Assembly (NCBI RefSeq): GCF_006345805.1
Contig: NC_043005.1
Span: forward strand, 102,486,001 to 102,550,000
Length of the DNA: 64,000 nucleotides
DNA from: Octopus sinensis
Lineage: Eukaryota
Direction of reading: 5' to 3'
Below are positions 1 to 12,708 of this stretch, piece by piece. The notes beneath the pieces are model-generated. The model saw only the letters and a program-made list of their open reading frames with translations, was not told the origin of the DNA and made no database searches. Within the stretch, counting starts at the first letter, position 1. Each line of letters starts with the position of its first letter. The position numbers were made by a program, and so were the translations under genes.

Positions 1-19
1 GTCGGCTAAAGAATGTGAT

Positions 20-38
20 ACATACACACACATACACA

Positions 39-77
<39 letters not shown>

Positions 78-123
78 GTGTGTATATGTATATATATTAT
101 ATGTATATATATGTATATATATA

Positions 124-172
<49 letters not shown>

Positions 173-190
173 TAAATATATATATAATAT
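20..190. repeat. (CA)n/(TA)n microsatellite tract
   Basis: Direct dinucleotide repeats. ORF 66..257 is only their translation. Confidence 0.95.
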
Positions 191-246
191 ATTTGCCATA
201 TATTTGTTGGACTGGCTAGTTGACTCGCCTTCAAGCAAGGCGGGTA

Positions 247-296
247 GGTGGTGTTGATAATCCACAAAAAAAGGTGAAACATTGATGTCCATCACT
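247..296 (+). ncRNA. Degenerate type I hammerhead ribozyme motif
   Basis: Stem I GGTGGTG(247-253)/CATCACT(290-296); core TTGATAA (CTGANGA with 2 changes); stem II CC/GG; GAAA 276-279; stem III ACAT/ATGT; GTC cleavage triplet ending at 289. Confidence 0.4.
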
Positions 297-380
297 CCCA
301 AATGAGATTGACGGTGATTTATCGCGCCTGTCCATAGCTCTAAACTGTTTTAGCACCAGCGACATCAGAGTTATACACTA

Positions 381-775
381 CGCTGTATGGAGCTTACTTC
401 TCAACCATGTGGTTCTGGGTTCAGTCTCAGTGCGTAGCATCTTGTACAACTGTATTCTAATATAGTCTCGGCCCCACCAAATCCGTGTGAGTTGATTCGG
501 TAGACGGAAATTGAAAGACATCCGTCGTATATATATATATATATTTATATATATATAATGTGTATATATTTATTTGTGTGTATGTTTGTATCTGTATCTG
601 TTCCTTCACCATCGCTTGATGGTGGTTTGTTTATGTCATCGTAATTAGCGGTTCGACAAAAGAACCCGACAGAATAAGTACCAAGCTTACAAAGAATAAG
701 TCCTACGTTTACTTGTTCAGCTAAAAGATGGTGCTCCATCAAACGAATGATACAAATAAAAGAATTAAAGAACAC
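381..775 (+). mobile_element. SINE family A, degenerate copy
   Basis: Same layout and motifs as the 3624-4068 copy: tRNA-like head, ggtagacggaaa-tgaaaga, internal TA/TG tract, tagcggttcg, aagaataagtcct. Confidence 0.8.
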
Positions 776-817
776 AGACACATATGTACATATAATTATA
801 TGTATATATACATATGT

Positions 818-1122
818 TGTAGGGAAATGGCCTAGTGGTTAGGGCAGCGGACTCGTGGTTGTAGGATCGCGGTTTCGTTTCCCAGACCGGGCGTTGTGAG
901 TGTTTATTAAGCGAAAGCACCTTAATAGCTCCACGATGCTCCGGTAGGGGGTGGTGGTGATCCCTGCTATACTCTTTCACCACTCTTTCACTCTTTCTTC
1001 TGTTGGCCTGCTCGCTTAACCAGCGGGGTGGCGTCGTTCGAAGGCTAAAACAATGCGAACGCATTGTGACCAGCGGTGTGTAACAGCATCTGATGGTACG
1101 GTCGGTCACGTGATCACGTGAT
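818..1122 (+). mobile_element. tRNA-derived SINE, family C
   Basis: A-box TGGCCTAGTGG (828-838) and B-box-like GGTTTCGTTTCC (871-882). GC-richer body ending in a GTGATCAC-type tail, embedded in TA repeats. Confidence 0.75.
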
Positions 1123-2006
1123 ATATACATATATGTATATATATATATATATATATAATTTTTTTAACGCAGATGAGTACCAACTTATACAAGCAGTTTT
1201 CTTTACCTCTTCTTATACATTCTGGGAACCACAACTGGGAGTCACAATGCCCATATTGAAGTCATACAATTTGATGTGCCATGCTCATTGCACAGATTTA
1301 CCACACACTTTCCAATATAAATCCATACATTTGTTTAACTCATCAGTCCCTCCAACCTTCGACGCAGCTATATTTCGTTTCTCTGTCCAAAAGGACACGT
1401 AATTTATCGCTTACCTAATACTTCCTATATTCTACACGTCACCAGATAAAACGTATTTGATCCGTAATTTTAGATACATAATAATATCGTCATTGATTTG
1501 GGGAACTGCTTTATTTCTGTTTAGATTCGTTAAAATGTTAACTGATAAATCAGTAATCTGAAAGTAAAGTGATAGGAAATATTGTTTATTATCAGCTGTT
1601 AATTTTTGTCGGACCATATTTTCACTGGAATTCCAAAAGTGACGACTCTAGATTTTATTCTCTTTTACTGCCAATATCCAGTATATCGTTCCGTTTATAA
1701 TTTATTAATGTCTAATAATTTTTAAATTCTTCTAAACACATAATAAGCACCTTTTCTCATGGCACTGTGAATTATATACTTTTAAAGATTACATACATGC
1801 ATCTGTTCGAACATATATACATGCACACGTCAACACACGCATCTACACACAGGTGCACGCACTGGAATTACTGCATTGGTATCTATCATTGCGTTACACA
1901 GTGATGGGACCAGGAAATATTTAAGGTGAACTTAAGATTGAGTGGTGTTGAGTAAATTTGCATTCGTCGTTGCTCTTAAAAGTAGAGATAATAACCAAAC
2001 AACAAG

Positions 2007-2007
<1 letters not shown>

Positions 2008-2040
<33 letters not shown>

Positions 2041-2086
2041 TTATATATATGCTTATATATTCTTATATATATATGTATATATATAT

Positions 2087-2134
<48 letters not shown>

Positions 2135-2165
2135 TATATGAATATATATATATATTATATATATT

Positions 2166-2228
<63 letters not shown>

Positions 2229-2294
2229 GAATATATATATATTATATATATATATATATATATATGAATAAATATATATATATTGTATATATAG

Positions 2295-2344
<50 letters not shown>

Positions 2345-2350
2345 ATATGA
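2008..2350. repeat. Interrupted (TA)n microsatellite
   Basis: Direct observation; explains ORFs 1932..2468 and 1942..2271. Confidence 0.95.
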
Positions 2351-3623
2351 AATTTTTGCGTAATGTGGTAAAAAAGACCAAGGCTGTATAGATATTAGAG
2401 CATTTATAGATAGTAGGTCTTACTGCTGTTTCTAGGATATTAATTAATAATAAATAATATCCCTTCATAGGAGACGGTGTGAGAGGAAAAGTTAGTCATA
2501 GTTAGTTTCGATATGATACAAATAGAGAGTGAGGTGGAGGAAAGAAAAAAAAAAATATATATATATATATAATATATATATACACACACACCAGATTGAT
2601 TGACATATATATAAAGAGGAAAAGAGACACAGATGCACACATAGCACATCCGCATAGAGTATCATATTCACACATGGGCATATCTGTAGAGCGAAAATGC
2701 GTAGACATATAATTACTATATTTTAACTTTTATATTGTAAGGTGAAATGACGGAACAGATTAAATATACTTTTAGAAATAAATATTCTCTAATGGGCAAC
2801 TTATTTTTTTGTCCCAGAACATTCTGAATGTACATTAAGTTACTCTGCTATTATATTCTTTGTTTTACATTAAAATAGTACATTTAGTATTATTTTCTAA
2901 GACATTATCGTCCAGAATTATTATTATATGTTTCAATTTTAGAAAAGAATATTTTCTATTGATATTCCTTTGAAATTTTTCTTTTTAATTTACATCTGGA
3001 AGTACTCTATAATTAGCAGCAACTTATTGTAAAATATATCTGGTTTGACAGTTAGAATTTTATATTGTAGTTTCACTGAATTTTCAACTTCACTCATACA
3101 GTTATGTAGGCAAAATGATGTGATCAAGAAGAGGACTTTGCAATCAATTGGCTCCGTGATCGATTCCACTGCAAAGTGCTTTGAACAACTATTTTCAGAT
3201 CAAGCATCGTGTTGATCGACATACTTAAGTATGCGTTATCCCGTCACATATATGTATGTTCCTGTTATGCCTGCATATGTGTTTTTTTATGTGTTTGAAT
3301 GTAACCGTGTTTGTGGATGGATGTGAAAACTTGCATAGAATTATGACAAAACTGCAAATTAGAAATGATATATATAAATAAAAGAAATAATAATTTTAAC
3401 TAAATATTAGGTAGGCAGTGATCGAGTAGAAAATGTTAGTTAAGCATGGTTGCACTCCGATGGCTCCGTAAACAAGTGAAAGTATGTATGTCGAGTAAGA
3501 GAAAGAAACCACAGCGTTAGCTTAGTATGGAATGAAGGAATCATTATCGGTGTCGTGGTTGTTGTACTAGATTTGAGAGCAAACCTTCAATTATTGGCGT
3601 TTAATTCACGACTAATCTATTTC

Positions 3624-3839
3624 TCTCTTTTACTCTTTTACTCTTTTACTTGTTTCAGTCATTTGACTGCGGCCATGCTGGAGCACCGCCTTTAGTCGAA
3701 CAAATCGACCCCGGGACTTATTCTTTGTAAGCCCAGTACTTATTCTATCGGTCTCTTTTGCCGAACGCGAAGTGACGGGGACGTAAACACACCAGCATCG
3801 GTTGTCAAGCAATGCTAGGGGGACAAAACACAGACACAC

Positions 3840-3871
<32 letters not shown>

Positions 3872-4068
3872 ACACACACACACACACACATATATATATA
3901 ATATATACACGACAGGCTTCTTTCAGTTTCCGTCTACCAAATCCACTCACAGGCATTGGTCGGCCCGGGGGCCATAGCAGATGACACTGCCCAAGATGCC
4001 ATGCAGTGGACTGAACCCGGAACGATGTGGTGGTTAGCAAGCTATTACCACACAGCCACTCTTGCGCC
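3624..4068 (-). mobile_element. SINE family A, full-length copy
   Basis: Minus strand starts GGCGCAAGAGTGGCTGTGTGGTAA (tRNA-like head), has an internal TA/CA tract and ends in a (GAGTAAAA)n tail. Possible 6-bp TSD TATTTC. Homologous copies at 0.4, 4.8, 6.7, 16.0 and 63.7 kb. Confidence 0.9.
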
Positions 4069-4362
4069 TATTTCCTTAATTTTTTTTAATAAATATTAAA
4101 ATTTGGTGTTTATAGGATATTGTCATCTTATGTATCCTTGCTTTTGAATATAGTATGATAGAATCAGAGAGAAAATTGGCAGTTATTTCGAGCCCTTCAA
4201 GCGACCATTCTGAGGTACATTTTTCTGTATTGGTTAAAGAGATTAATTGTGGTAAGGGCTGTTTCGTGAAATATCAATTGACCTAACCACTAATCAAATT
4301 CATTCCAGCTGAAACCGCATCATGTTTTGTGGTGTATTTACACTATATAACGTATTCTTTCT

Positions 4363-4462
4363 NNNNNNNNNNNNNNNNNNNNNNNNNNNNNNNNNNNNNN
4401 NNNNNNNNNNNNNNNNNNNNNNNNNNNNNNNNNNNNNNNNNNNNNNNNNNNNNNNNNNNNNN
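4363..4462. other. Assembly gap (100 N)
   Basis: Exactly 100 N, a typical placeholder gap. Confidence 0.99.
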
Positions 4463-4554
4463 TATATGCTATACATGCACATATACGTACGCAAATTTGT
4501 ATATTTCATACACTTATATATACAGATATGTTGTTTAGACATACACACACACAC

Positions 4555-4615
<61 letters not shown>

Positions 4616-4754
4616 ATATACATACAGACAGACAGATATACGTATACATAAATATATACGCGTAGGTATATATATTTTCATACTGTGTGCATGTATGCAT
4701 GTATATGTTTACATATATATGTGTGCATCAATATGAATATATGCATCCTTTTAT

Positions 4755-4936
4755 GCTTTTACTTGTTTCACTCATTTGACTGCGGCCATTCTGGAGCATC
4801 AGATTTAGTTGAATAAATCGCCCCCAGAACTGAAGGCTAGTACCTATTCTATCGGGCTCTTTAGCTGAACCACGAAGTTACCGGGAAGTACAAACACCAG
4901 AATCGGTTGCCAAGCGATGGGGGCGACAAACACACA

Positions 4937-4981
<45 letters not shown>

Positions 4982-5055
4982 AATATATATATATTTAAAT
5001 ACACATATACATACACACGCACACACACAAAGACACCACACACGCACAACACACA
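4755..5055 (-). mobile_element. SINE family A, 3' half
   Basis: Matches 3630-3880 (acttgtttca-tcatttgactgcggccat, tattctatcgg, ggttgccaagcgatg). Confidence 0.8.
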
Positions 5056-5430
5056 CATGTATATATGTATATCAGAGTATAGTTGAGGATATAAACCTCG
5101 GAGGGCTAAAAATATTCATGATTATACTCGTTGAATACCTACCAATATAAGCACAGACATATATATTATTGATGTTAGTTAAAAGCCAAGTGAGAAGATG
5201 GAAATTAATAAAAGTTTATTAATACATTAGTAATTAACTAAATTGATTTACTTAAATTACATTAAATTTGTTGCATACTATGCTGCAAGTAATGAACTGA
5301 AACAATTGTAGGTCTGTTCTCGTCGATGTATTAATAAACTTTTATTAATCTTATCTCCATTTTTCTTTCTTTCTTTTTAGTAATAATTAACATAATAATA
5401 ATAATATATATATTATAATATAATATATAT

Positions 5431-5461
<31 letters not shown>

Positions 5462-6192
5462 AAAGGGGGAGAGAGAAAGAGAGAGTGATTGGCAGATAAA
5501 AAGATATATGTAGAGAGAGAGAACATTTGTATAGTCTTTAAAATATATCAATATAGTGAAAATTAAAGCCCAATAGCAATATATTTTAAACCCAAGTTGC
5601 CTAAAACCCGAAATTATTGCTTGGAAATTATTGTTGCATGAGATTCTTTAAATTATAATCTAGTTGGCTCATCATACAAATTAATATCCTGCTTATTGAA
5701 AATAGCAATATTAGTACTCTTAAAAGTATTGAAAATAATTTCGTTAATTTTCGCTATTCATAAACTAAAACAAAAATTTGTAGTTTAATGTTATGTAGTA
5801 AGATATGAGTGTGTATGTGTGTGTGATCAGTATGATTAATCTCATCGTTTCAAAATCATGCAGTAGAAGAATTTCTACCAGATCAAAATGTTCATAAATA
5901 GACATAAGATGGCAAAACCGTTTTTGATTTGATATCTTCTGTTTCAGCTGTCTTTTGATAAGTACCAACACCGCGTTTGTTTTGTTTTTACTTGGATCGT
6001 TTCAAATTTACGCATGTATGTTTATATTTGTCTCATTTAATATATTTTATTTCCATTCTTTCTGAAATTATCTTTTACTATCATTTCTTTCTTCTTCCTC
6101 TATCACACCTTCCTTATCTCTCTCTTTCTCTCTCTCTCACTCTGTCTCTCTCTCTAAAATGAACCCGTATATACTGTTTATATGTATTTGTT

Positions 6193-6485
6193 TTGGGTTG
6201 TCCGGAAAGTCCGTGCCGATTTAGTTAGTTAGTTAGAGTAATTTGGCTCAAAAGCAAATAGCAAGGCCATGTAGGGGGACATGGAGTTAAGTACATGGAG
6301 TTAAGTACAGTATAGTAGCTTACCTTTCGACTTACCCTCCCAGGCACCTCAATTCTGTGAAGAGTGTATTTTCAAGTTAAAGGAAAGATGGAGACGCATT
6401 GTGCAACAAAATGGTTCATATTTGGGTGATTAAAAAGGTAATGGCAAGTATTTATTAACCTGTTTCTTTCCTTTAAAAATCGGCA
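6193..6485 (+). mobile_element. Internally deleted mariner remnant (same family as 56706-57267)
   Basis: 5' TIR TTGGGTTGTCCGGAAAGT. 6343-6485 matches the transposase C-terminus and 3' subterminal region of the 56.7-kb copy. 3' TIR truncated after AAAATCGGCA. Confidence 0.8.
6223..6312 (-). mobile_element. About 90-bp insertion with a (CTAA)n tail inside the mariner remnant; probable retroelement 3' end
   Basis: Splits GCCGATTT|TAGTAGCTTAC, which is essentially contiguous in the 57-kb copy. Ends in a (TTAG)n tract. Confidence 0.55.
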
Positions 6486-6684
6486 GATTTGTCTCTTTGA
6501 ATAATCAACTCCAAATCTTGTTTATTACACACCTCGTTTCCCTTGCTTCCTTTTTAGTAACTCCGAGAATATTGTTATGAATTTGGCTTTCCTTTCAAAT
6601 TTTATAAGGTTTATTGTTCACGGCGTCTACTTCATGATTTTTTTTATGCTATTTCCGTAAAAAAAAACAATTTAGCAAATAAGC

Positions 6685-6858
6685 ACAGAAGTGGCTATGT
6701 GGTAAGTAGCTTGCTTCCAAACACATGGTTAAGGCTTCAGTTCCACTGCATTACACCCCACCTTGAGCATGAGTCTTCTATTATAGCCACGCGCCGACTA
6801 AATCCTTATGAGTGGATTTGTTAGACAGAAAGTGAGAGAAGCCCGTCGCATATATATA

Positions 6859-6899
<41 letters not shown>

Positions 6900-7065
6900 T
6901 GTGTGTGTGTGCGCGCGCGCGTATTTGTGTGGACCGATGTTGGTGATGGTTTGTTTATGTCCCTGTAACTTAGCGGTTCGGTAGAAGAGATTGACAGAAG
7001 TACGAGGTTTCTAAAGAATAAATCCTGGGGTCGATTTGTTCGACTAAAGGCGATTAGTTGGATTA
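6685..7065 (+). mobile_element. SINE family A, near full-length degenerate copy
   Basis: AGTGGCTATGTGGTAAGTAGCTTGC head through AATCCTGGGGTCGATTTGTTCGACTAAAGGC. Confidence 0.85.
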
Positions 7066-7410
7066 AAGAATAAAAATATTTTATTAATTTATTTTAATTG
7101 TTAATAGAACCAATCTTACTTACATTTGCAGTTTCGTTGGATTTCTGCCTGGTGTAACATATAGGAAGTGATTACAATCTTTTAAGTGGCAGAATGTCTT
7201 GGAGTAATTATTCTGTTTTTTTTCGCGTTTTGAGTTCAAACCTTGCCTAAATTAGATTTACTTATCATTACCGCGCCGATAAAATTCCATATCTTGTAGA
7301 TTACTGTTACTCCGTCAGTGTCGGAGTCACATTAATGTACAAAAACAACAGCAATGATAATAACAATAACAACAACAACAACAATAATAATAATAACAAT
7401 TAAGATAAGA

Positions 7411-8034
7411 ATGCGAATACAAAAGGAGACACGACTATGTGGCTAGATATGTCCAAACACGAATACAAATAGAGATGCGACAATGTGGCCAGATATGTCC
7501 AAACGTGAATACAAAAGGTGACACGACAATGTTACCATATATGTATATTGGCTGTTTTGCGGTAAAGCAAACCTCGAGAGAGTCGAACAGTGGTATGAAC
7601 AGAAGCCAGAGGGAGTAATGGAAAATGAACATTACAAAACACTCTGAGATTTTAACATAAAGTGTGACCAAGTCATAGAGGCGAGACGGTTAGATACCGT
7701 GATCATGCATAAAGATGACGAAGAAGCAAAGATAATAGATGTTGCAATACCAGGCGATTCGAGGGTGTAATGCAAGGAAACAGAAAATAGTGAGAAATTC
7801 TGGCAACTGCAGGACGAGACAGGAAAGTTATGGGGCATGAGGAAAATAGTGGTGATACCAGCGGTATTTGGAGTATTAGGAGCAGTTTTCAAGAGCTTTG
7901 CAAAACATTTTAAGAATATTGGCGCTGGTGCTGCTGTCAGGCACAAAGTGATCCAGAAGACAGCATTTTTGGATACAGCTTGCATTCTAAGGAAAGTATT
8001 GTCACTTTCAGTTACAGGAGAAGGCACTACTTGA
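7411..8034 (+). pseudogene. R4/Dong-clade LINE 3' fragment (family C), restriction-like endonuclease region
   Basis: Translates with stops to EYKR*HDNV..WYEQKPEGVMENE..DFNIKCDQVIEARRLD..IIDVAIPGD..LWGMRKIVVIPAVFGVLG..IQKTAFLDTACILRKVL. Preceded by an (AAC/AAT)n tract. Confidence 0.8.
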
Positions 8035-8084
8035 AACCTTTGGTGATTTGGTATTGTCTGTTTTCAAGTAAAGAACAACCTGTA

Positions 8085-9003
8085 ATTAAGAAGCATCCGA
8101 GAGACTTTCAGAGTAATGAAATAATAAATGGCAGATATGTAGCCAATAGCAAACAAGCTGGTGTAGATCAGAAGCATACCCGTCATTGGCTACTGAGCTC
8201 AGGGCTAAAAGCAGAGAGAGAAGGTTTTTATCTTGGCTGCCCAAGATCAGAGCTTATTTACCAGCAAGTATCAAGCCAATGTGATGAAAAATGGTTTAGA
8301 CCGAAAGCACTGATACTGCAACGATGGGATAGAAATAGTGAACCACCTAATCTGTAGTTGTTAGGTGATAGCTCCTATAGAGTACAAAGCAAGATATGAC
8401 AGATTTGGACAATCTGTCGGCATTATAATAAAACTGCCGACAAATTGTGCAAGCACCACCACTAGGCTGTAACTGAGGGAGAAAAGGTAACTATCGTTTG
8501 GGACTTCCCAGTATGTACACAGATTGGACCAACAAAGCAAATAAACCAGATATTGTTGTGAAAGACCAAAACAATAAATTCTGTATATTGATTGACATGA
8601 GCATATTCTGTGACCATAATATCTCCGCATAAGAATCTGATAAGCTCAGAAATCGAGAAGATGCGGCATCTCAAGACAGTTATAATGACAGTGATTGTAA
8701 GAACACTTGGAATGATCAAAAAAGGAATTGAAAATTTTATAAGAACGATCCTTGCAGGAAGTACAAAATATCATCTTAACTGGTATGTCAAGCGTATTGA
8801 GAAGAGCATTGTCGCTGTGAATTTTCTTTCCTTTTCCCCTTTATTTTATTTTTTATTTTTCTCTCTGTCACATGACTTTGTAAATGAACAATCTGGTGTG
8901 TTTATTTTAATGGCCTACCAATGTATACAGTACGTTTCTCAGGCCAAGATGACAAAAAAGACACTCGGCAAGAAATGGAAACAGAATTGAAAGAAACAAT
9001 GAA
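8085..9003 (+). pseudogene. R4/Dong-clade LINE 3' fragment (family A, same as the 41.6-45.2 kb element)
   Basis: GRYVANSKQAGVDQKHTRHWLLSSGLKAEREGF and EIEKMRHLKTVIMTVIVRTLGMIKKG align with ORF 41729..42823. The 3' UTR motifs TAATGGCCTACCAATGTATAC and AAGACACTCGGCAAGAAATGGAA are shared. Followed by (AAT)n. Confidence 0.85.
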
Positions 9004-9061
<58 letters not shown>

Positions 9062-9066
<5 letters not shown>

Positions 9067-9374
9067 ATACAAAGACCTGGAAATAGAGGTAACTAGAATG
9101 TGGAACCTGAAAACAGAAACAATCCCTATCATAGTAGGTGCATTAGGCATGATAAAAAAATATTCAGACAAATACATAACAAAAACACCAGGACTTACAA
9201 ACACATATAACATACAGAAAATTGCACTACTAGGCACTGCACACATCCTACGCAGAACACTTTCCATACAATAACCATCAGAGCATCACAACAAATCACA
9301 GCACATACCCAAGGCACACAGAACTGCGCTCGGTAGTGGAGTGAAAGCACGCTATAAAAATAAAAATAAAACTA

Positions 9375-9378
<4 letters not shown>
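9062..9378 (+). mobile_element. 5'-truncated R4/Dong-clade LINE 3' end (family B) in (AAT)n
   Basis: KYKDLEIEVTRMWNLKTETIPIIVGALGMIKK..QKIALLGTAHILRRTLSIQ* plus 3' UTR. (AAT)n on both sides. Second copy at 47.8 kb. Confidence 0.9.
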
Positions 9379-9414
<36 letters not shown>

Positions 9415-9559
9415 TAGATATACACCAAGAGAGAGAGAGAGAGAGAGAGAGTAGTAGATTTTGGTGTTGCAGAAAAGGTAAGAGCATACTATTCACTGGA
9501 GTCTTAGGATCGGTGTGGAAGAGGTTCAACGAGTGGACAGAAAAGATTGGTTTTCATAA

Positions 9560-10065
9560 TCGCATAGAATACATGCAACCGGCACGACTGTTACACCATA
9601 ATTGCTGGGCTTGTGCCTAAATTTGAAACTGGTATTGTTAATATGGTAAATATTCATCTTATTATTAAATACATAGGTTTCAAGTTCTGAGTTCAAATTC
9701 CGCTGAAGCCGATTTTGGATTTCATCCTTCAGGGATGAATAAAATAAGTGCCAGCTGAACACCAGTGGTCGATGGTATCGGTTTATCCCCCTTTCCCGAA
9801 TCTGCTGGACTTGTGCCAAAAGTTTGGAACCATTATTAAAGACATGGTTGAAGCTGTTTGCTGGCTGAATCGTTAGCACATCGGACAAATGCTTAACGGC
9901 TTTTCGCCCATTCTTACGTTCTGAGTTCAAACTCCACCGTGGTCGACTTCGCCTTTCATTCTTTCGTGGTCGATAAAATAAAACCAGTTAAGCACTGGGG
10001 TCGATGTAATCGACTTGCGCCCATCAAAAAAATTCAGGCCTTGTGCCTATAATCGAAAAGCTTAT
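9560..10065 (+). mobile_element. Degenerate SINE family B pieces (at least two)
   Basis: TTCTGAGTTCAAA..CC-CCG..GTCGAC..GCCTTTCAT..GTCGATAAAAT motif, at about 9685 and 9920. Confidence 0.65.
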
Positions 10066-10274
10066 TAAAAACGTGGTTATCATCGTATTCATTGGATTTA
10101 TCAACATTTTAGGTACTTCTGTTTCTTCGTATCCAAATATGCTTCAACAAAAAATAAGCACCTTAAAGAGCGATTTAATAAATAATTTAGCCTTGTCACT
10201 TTGGAGAGCTATTTAATGAAATACATTTGGAAACTGATGCATTACTTTGTGATGTTCCATTGTTGTCGAATATA

Positions 10275-10428
<154 letters not shown>

Positions 10429-10689
10429 ATAGTCAAGACTATTGAAAAGGTTGCAAGACGCAACGAAAATTTTAGGAAATTATAAATAAGAAAAAGTGGA
10501 AATTTTACCGGGGAGTGTATTACATTATAAGGCACAGAAACTGACTCTCCCCAGACAGGACAAAATATGCTTCAACACATAAACTCATATAAAGCATTTT
10601 GCAAACCAAATCCAAAAACGAAATATATATATATACATATATATATAATACACAGACATATGCATACACACAGGTACAGAGACACACAA

Positions 10690-10729
<40 letters not shown>

Positions 10730-10744
10730 GTATATATATATATA

Positions 10745-12035
10745 CAGGGTGGGGAAGCAAAATTTACAATAAATGTTAAGTTGTTTTTTCTCGGCAGGCA
10801 CTAAGTCAATTGTTTTGAAACCTAGTATATATTGATGTCGTGATCATACCTAACACTATTATCCTTACCTTTTCAGAAACTTTTGCCCATATGAGTAATC
10901 AGGAAAGCAAAAGTCAAAGAGGGTGTGATTTGCTGAATGCACTCATCACACCAAAAGAGATTTCAAAAATAGTTGGAGTGTCCATAAAGCTATTTGTAAT
11001 ATAAAGAATAGAATGACTATGAGCAAAACTATTATGAGGAAGTCTGGAAGTGAAGGAATCAACAGAAAACGTACCAAAGCTTTTATTAAAGCTCTCAAAA
11101 CCCAAATCCTAAAGGATCCAACCATATCCATGAGAAAATTCGCAATTGAAACTGAGGTAGACAACAAGACCATTAGAAATGCAGTAAAATATGCTTTCAG
11201 GTTAAAATCTTACACAAGAACACTAAAACACTTGTTGACAACAGCTATGAAGGAAAACAGATTGGGAAGGTGCAAGAAAAATATTTTATGGATCAATAAA
11301 AAGTCCTCCATTGTAACAATCTTTTCAGAGGAAAAGATCTTCAGTGTCGATACTGTTCTGAACCGCAGAAATGACAGAATTATCGCAAAATCAACAGCTG
11401 AGGTTAAGAGGACATTCAAAACAAAACACTCTGCTCAAGTTATGGCTTTTGGTGTTGTGGTTGCTGATAGAAAGAAAGTGCATATAAAATTCTATAAAGC
11501 TGATGAAAAGACCAATGTTAATACTTACTACAAGACTCTGAGATACTAAGTATTGCCATGGCTTAAAGCAAACTACCCAGATGGTAATTATGTATGGACA
11601 CAGGATGGTGCTCCAGCCCACACAGCTAGAAAAATACAAGATTTCTGCAAATCCAACTTTAGCAATTTCTTGGAATTATGTTTATGGCCACCTTCTAACC
11701 CAGATCTAAACCCTCTGGATTATGCTATTTGAGGCGTTTTAGAACATGCTAGCAATAGAACATCACACAGTAATGTCGACTCTCTTAAAGATACTATTAA
11801 AGAAGAATGGGAGACTTTGTCTCCCGAATATTTGAGGAACACTTGTACAAGTTTCAGGAAGCGTGTGAAGGCAGTTATTGAGAAAGAAGGAGGACACATA
11901 GAATAAAAATAAATTTCCTATTATGTAAATTTTCTTGTGGCAAATAAATTCTCATGACTTTCAATAAACTAATTGGTCATACACTGTCTTTCAATCCCTG
12001 CCTCAAAATATTGTGAATTTTGCTTCCCCACCCTG
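10745..12035 (+). mobile_element. Full-length maT (DD37D) Tc1/mariner transposon, 1291 bp, inserted in (TA)n
   Basis: About 27-bp TIRs CAGGGTGGGGAAGCAAAATTTACAATA / TATTGTGAATTTTGCTTCCCCACCCTG (1 mismatch), with TA on both sides. Confidence 0.93.
10891..11906 (+). pseudogene. maT DD37D transposase pseudogene
   Basis: ATG 10891, frameshift near 10990, IFSEEK (first D mutated), WTQDGAPAHTA, WPPSNPDLNPLDY with 37 residues between the 2nd and 3rd D, two internal stops, TAA 11904-11906. Confidence 0.9.
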
Positions 12036-12043
12036 TATATATA

Positions 12044-12090
<47 letters not shown>

Positions 12091-12096
<6 letters not shown>

Positions 12097-12664
12097 GTAT
12101 GCATCCATATATATTTGTATATACTATCTTGATTGTGCGTCAAGCATACGTTTCTATGAAAATGGATCACATGTGTGTTATACCACCAATATCCGTTTAT
12201 ATCAGCGTAGCTACGCGCGCAGATACTTGCACAAACGCTTCCACTTGCCCAGATATGAAAATATATGTGTGTACTACGTATATGTATGTAATTTGAAATC
12301 GTCTTCGTACAAACATAGAGGATTGCAAATCTCTAAAAGTACATATTTATTTATTTAGAAGTATATTTTATGCATATAATTAGAAAAACATCACCACTAT
12401 TATGCAAAGTGTAGACACATGCAGAAACCATAGAGATGCGCATGCACACAGTCATAGACACATACACACACGCAAAAACAGACACACACACATACACACA
12501 CCTAATGGCACTTATTTACAAGTTCTTCAACGTAAACTAATGCTTGTACATGCGTTGTTTTTATGTTCTTTTTTTTAATAAATTATATCTTTTACGTACA
12601 AATGGTTATAACTATACACAACGTACAACTTTCTATTTCTCGCTCTCTCTCATTCTCCCCCGTT

Positions 12665-12708
<44 letters not shown>

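Noticed and set aside
1432-1617. Possible L2/CR1 RT-proximal peptide (LNRNKAVP)
   Set aside because: A single weak motif with no further RT motifs in order.
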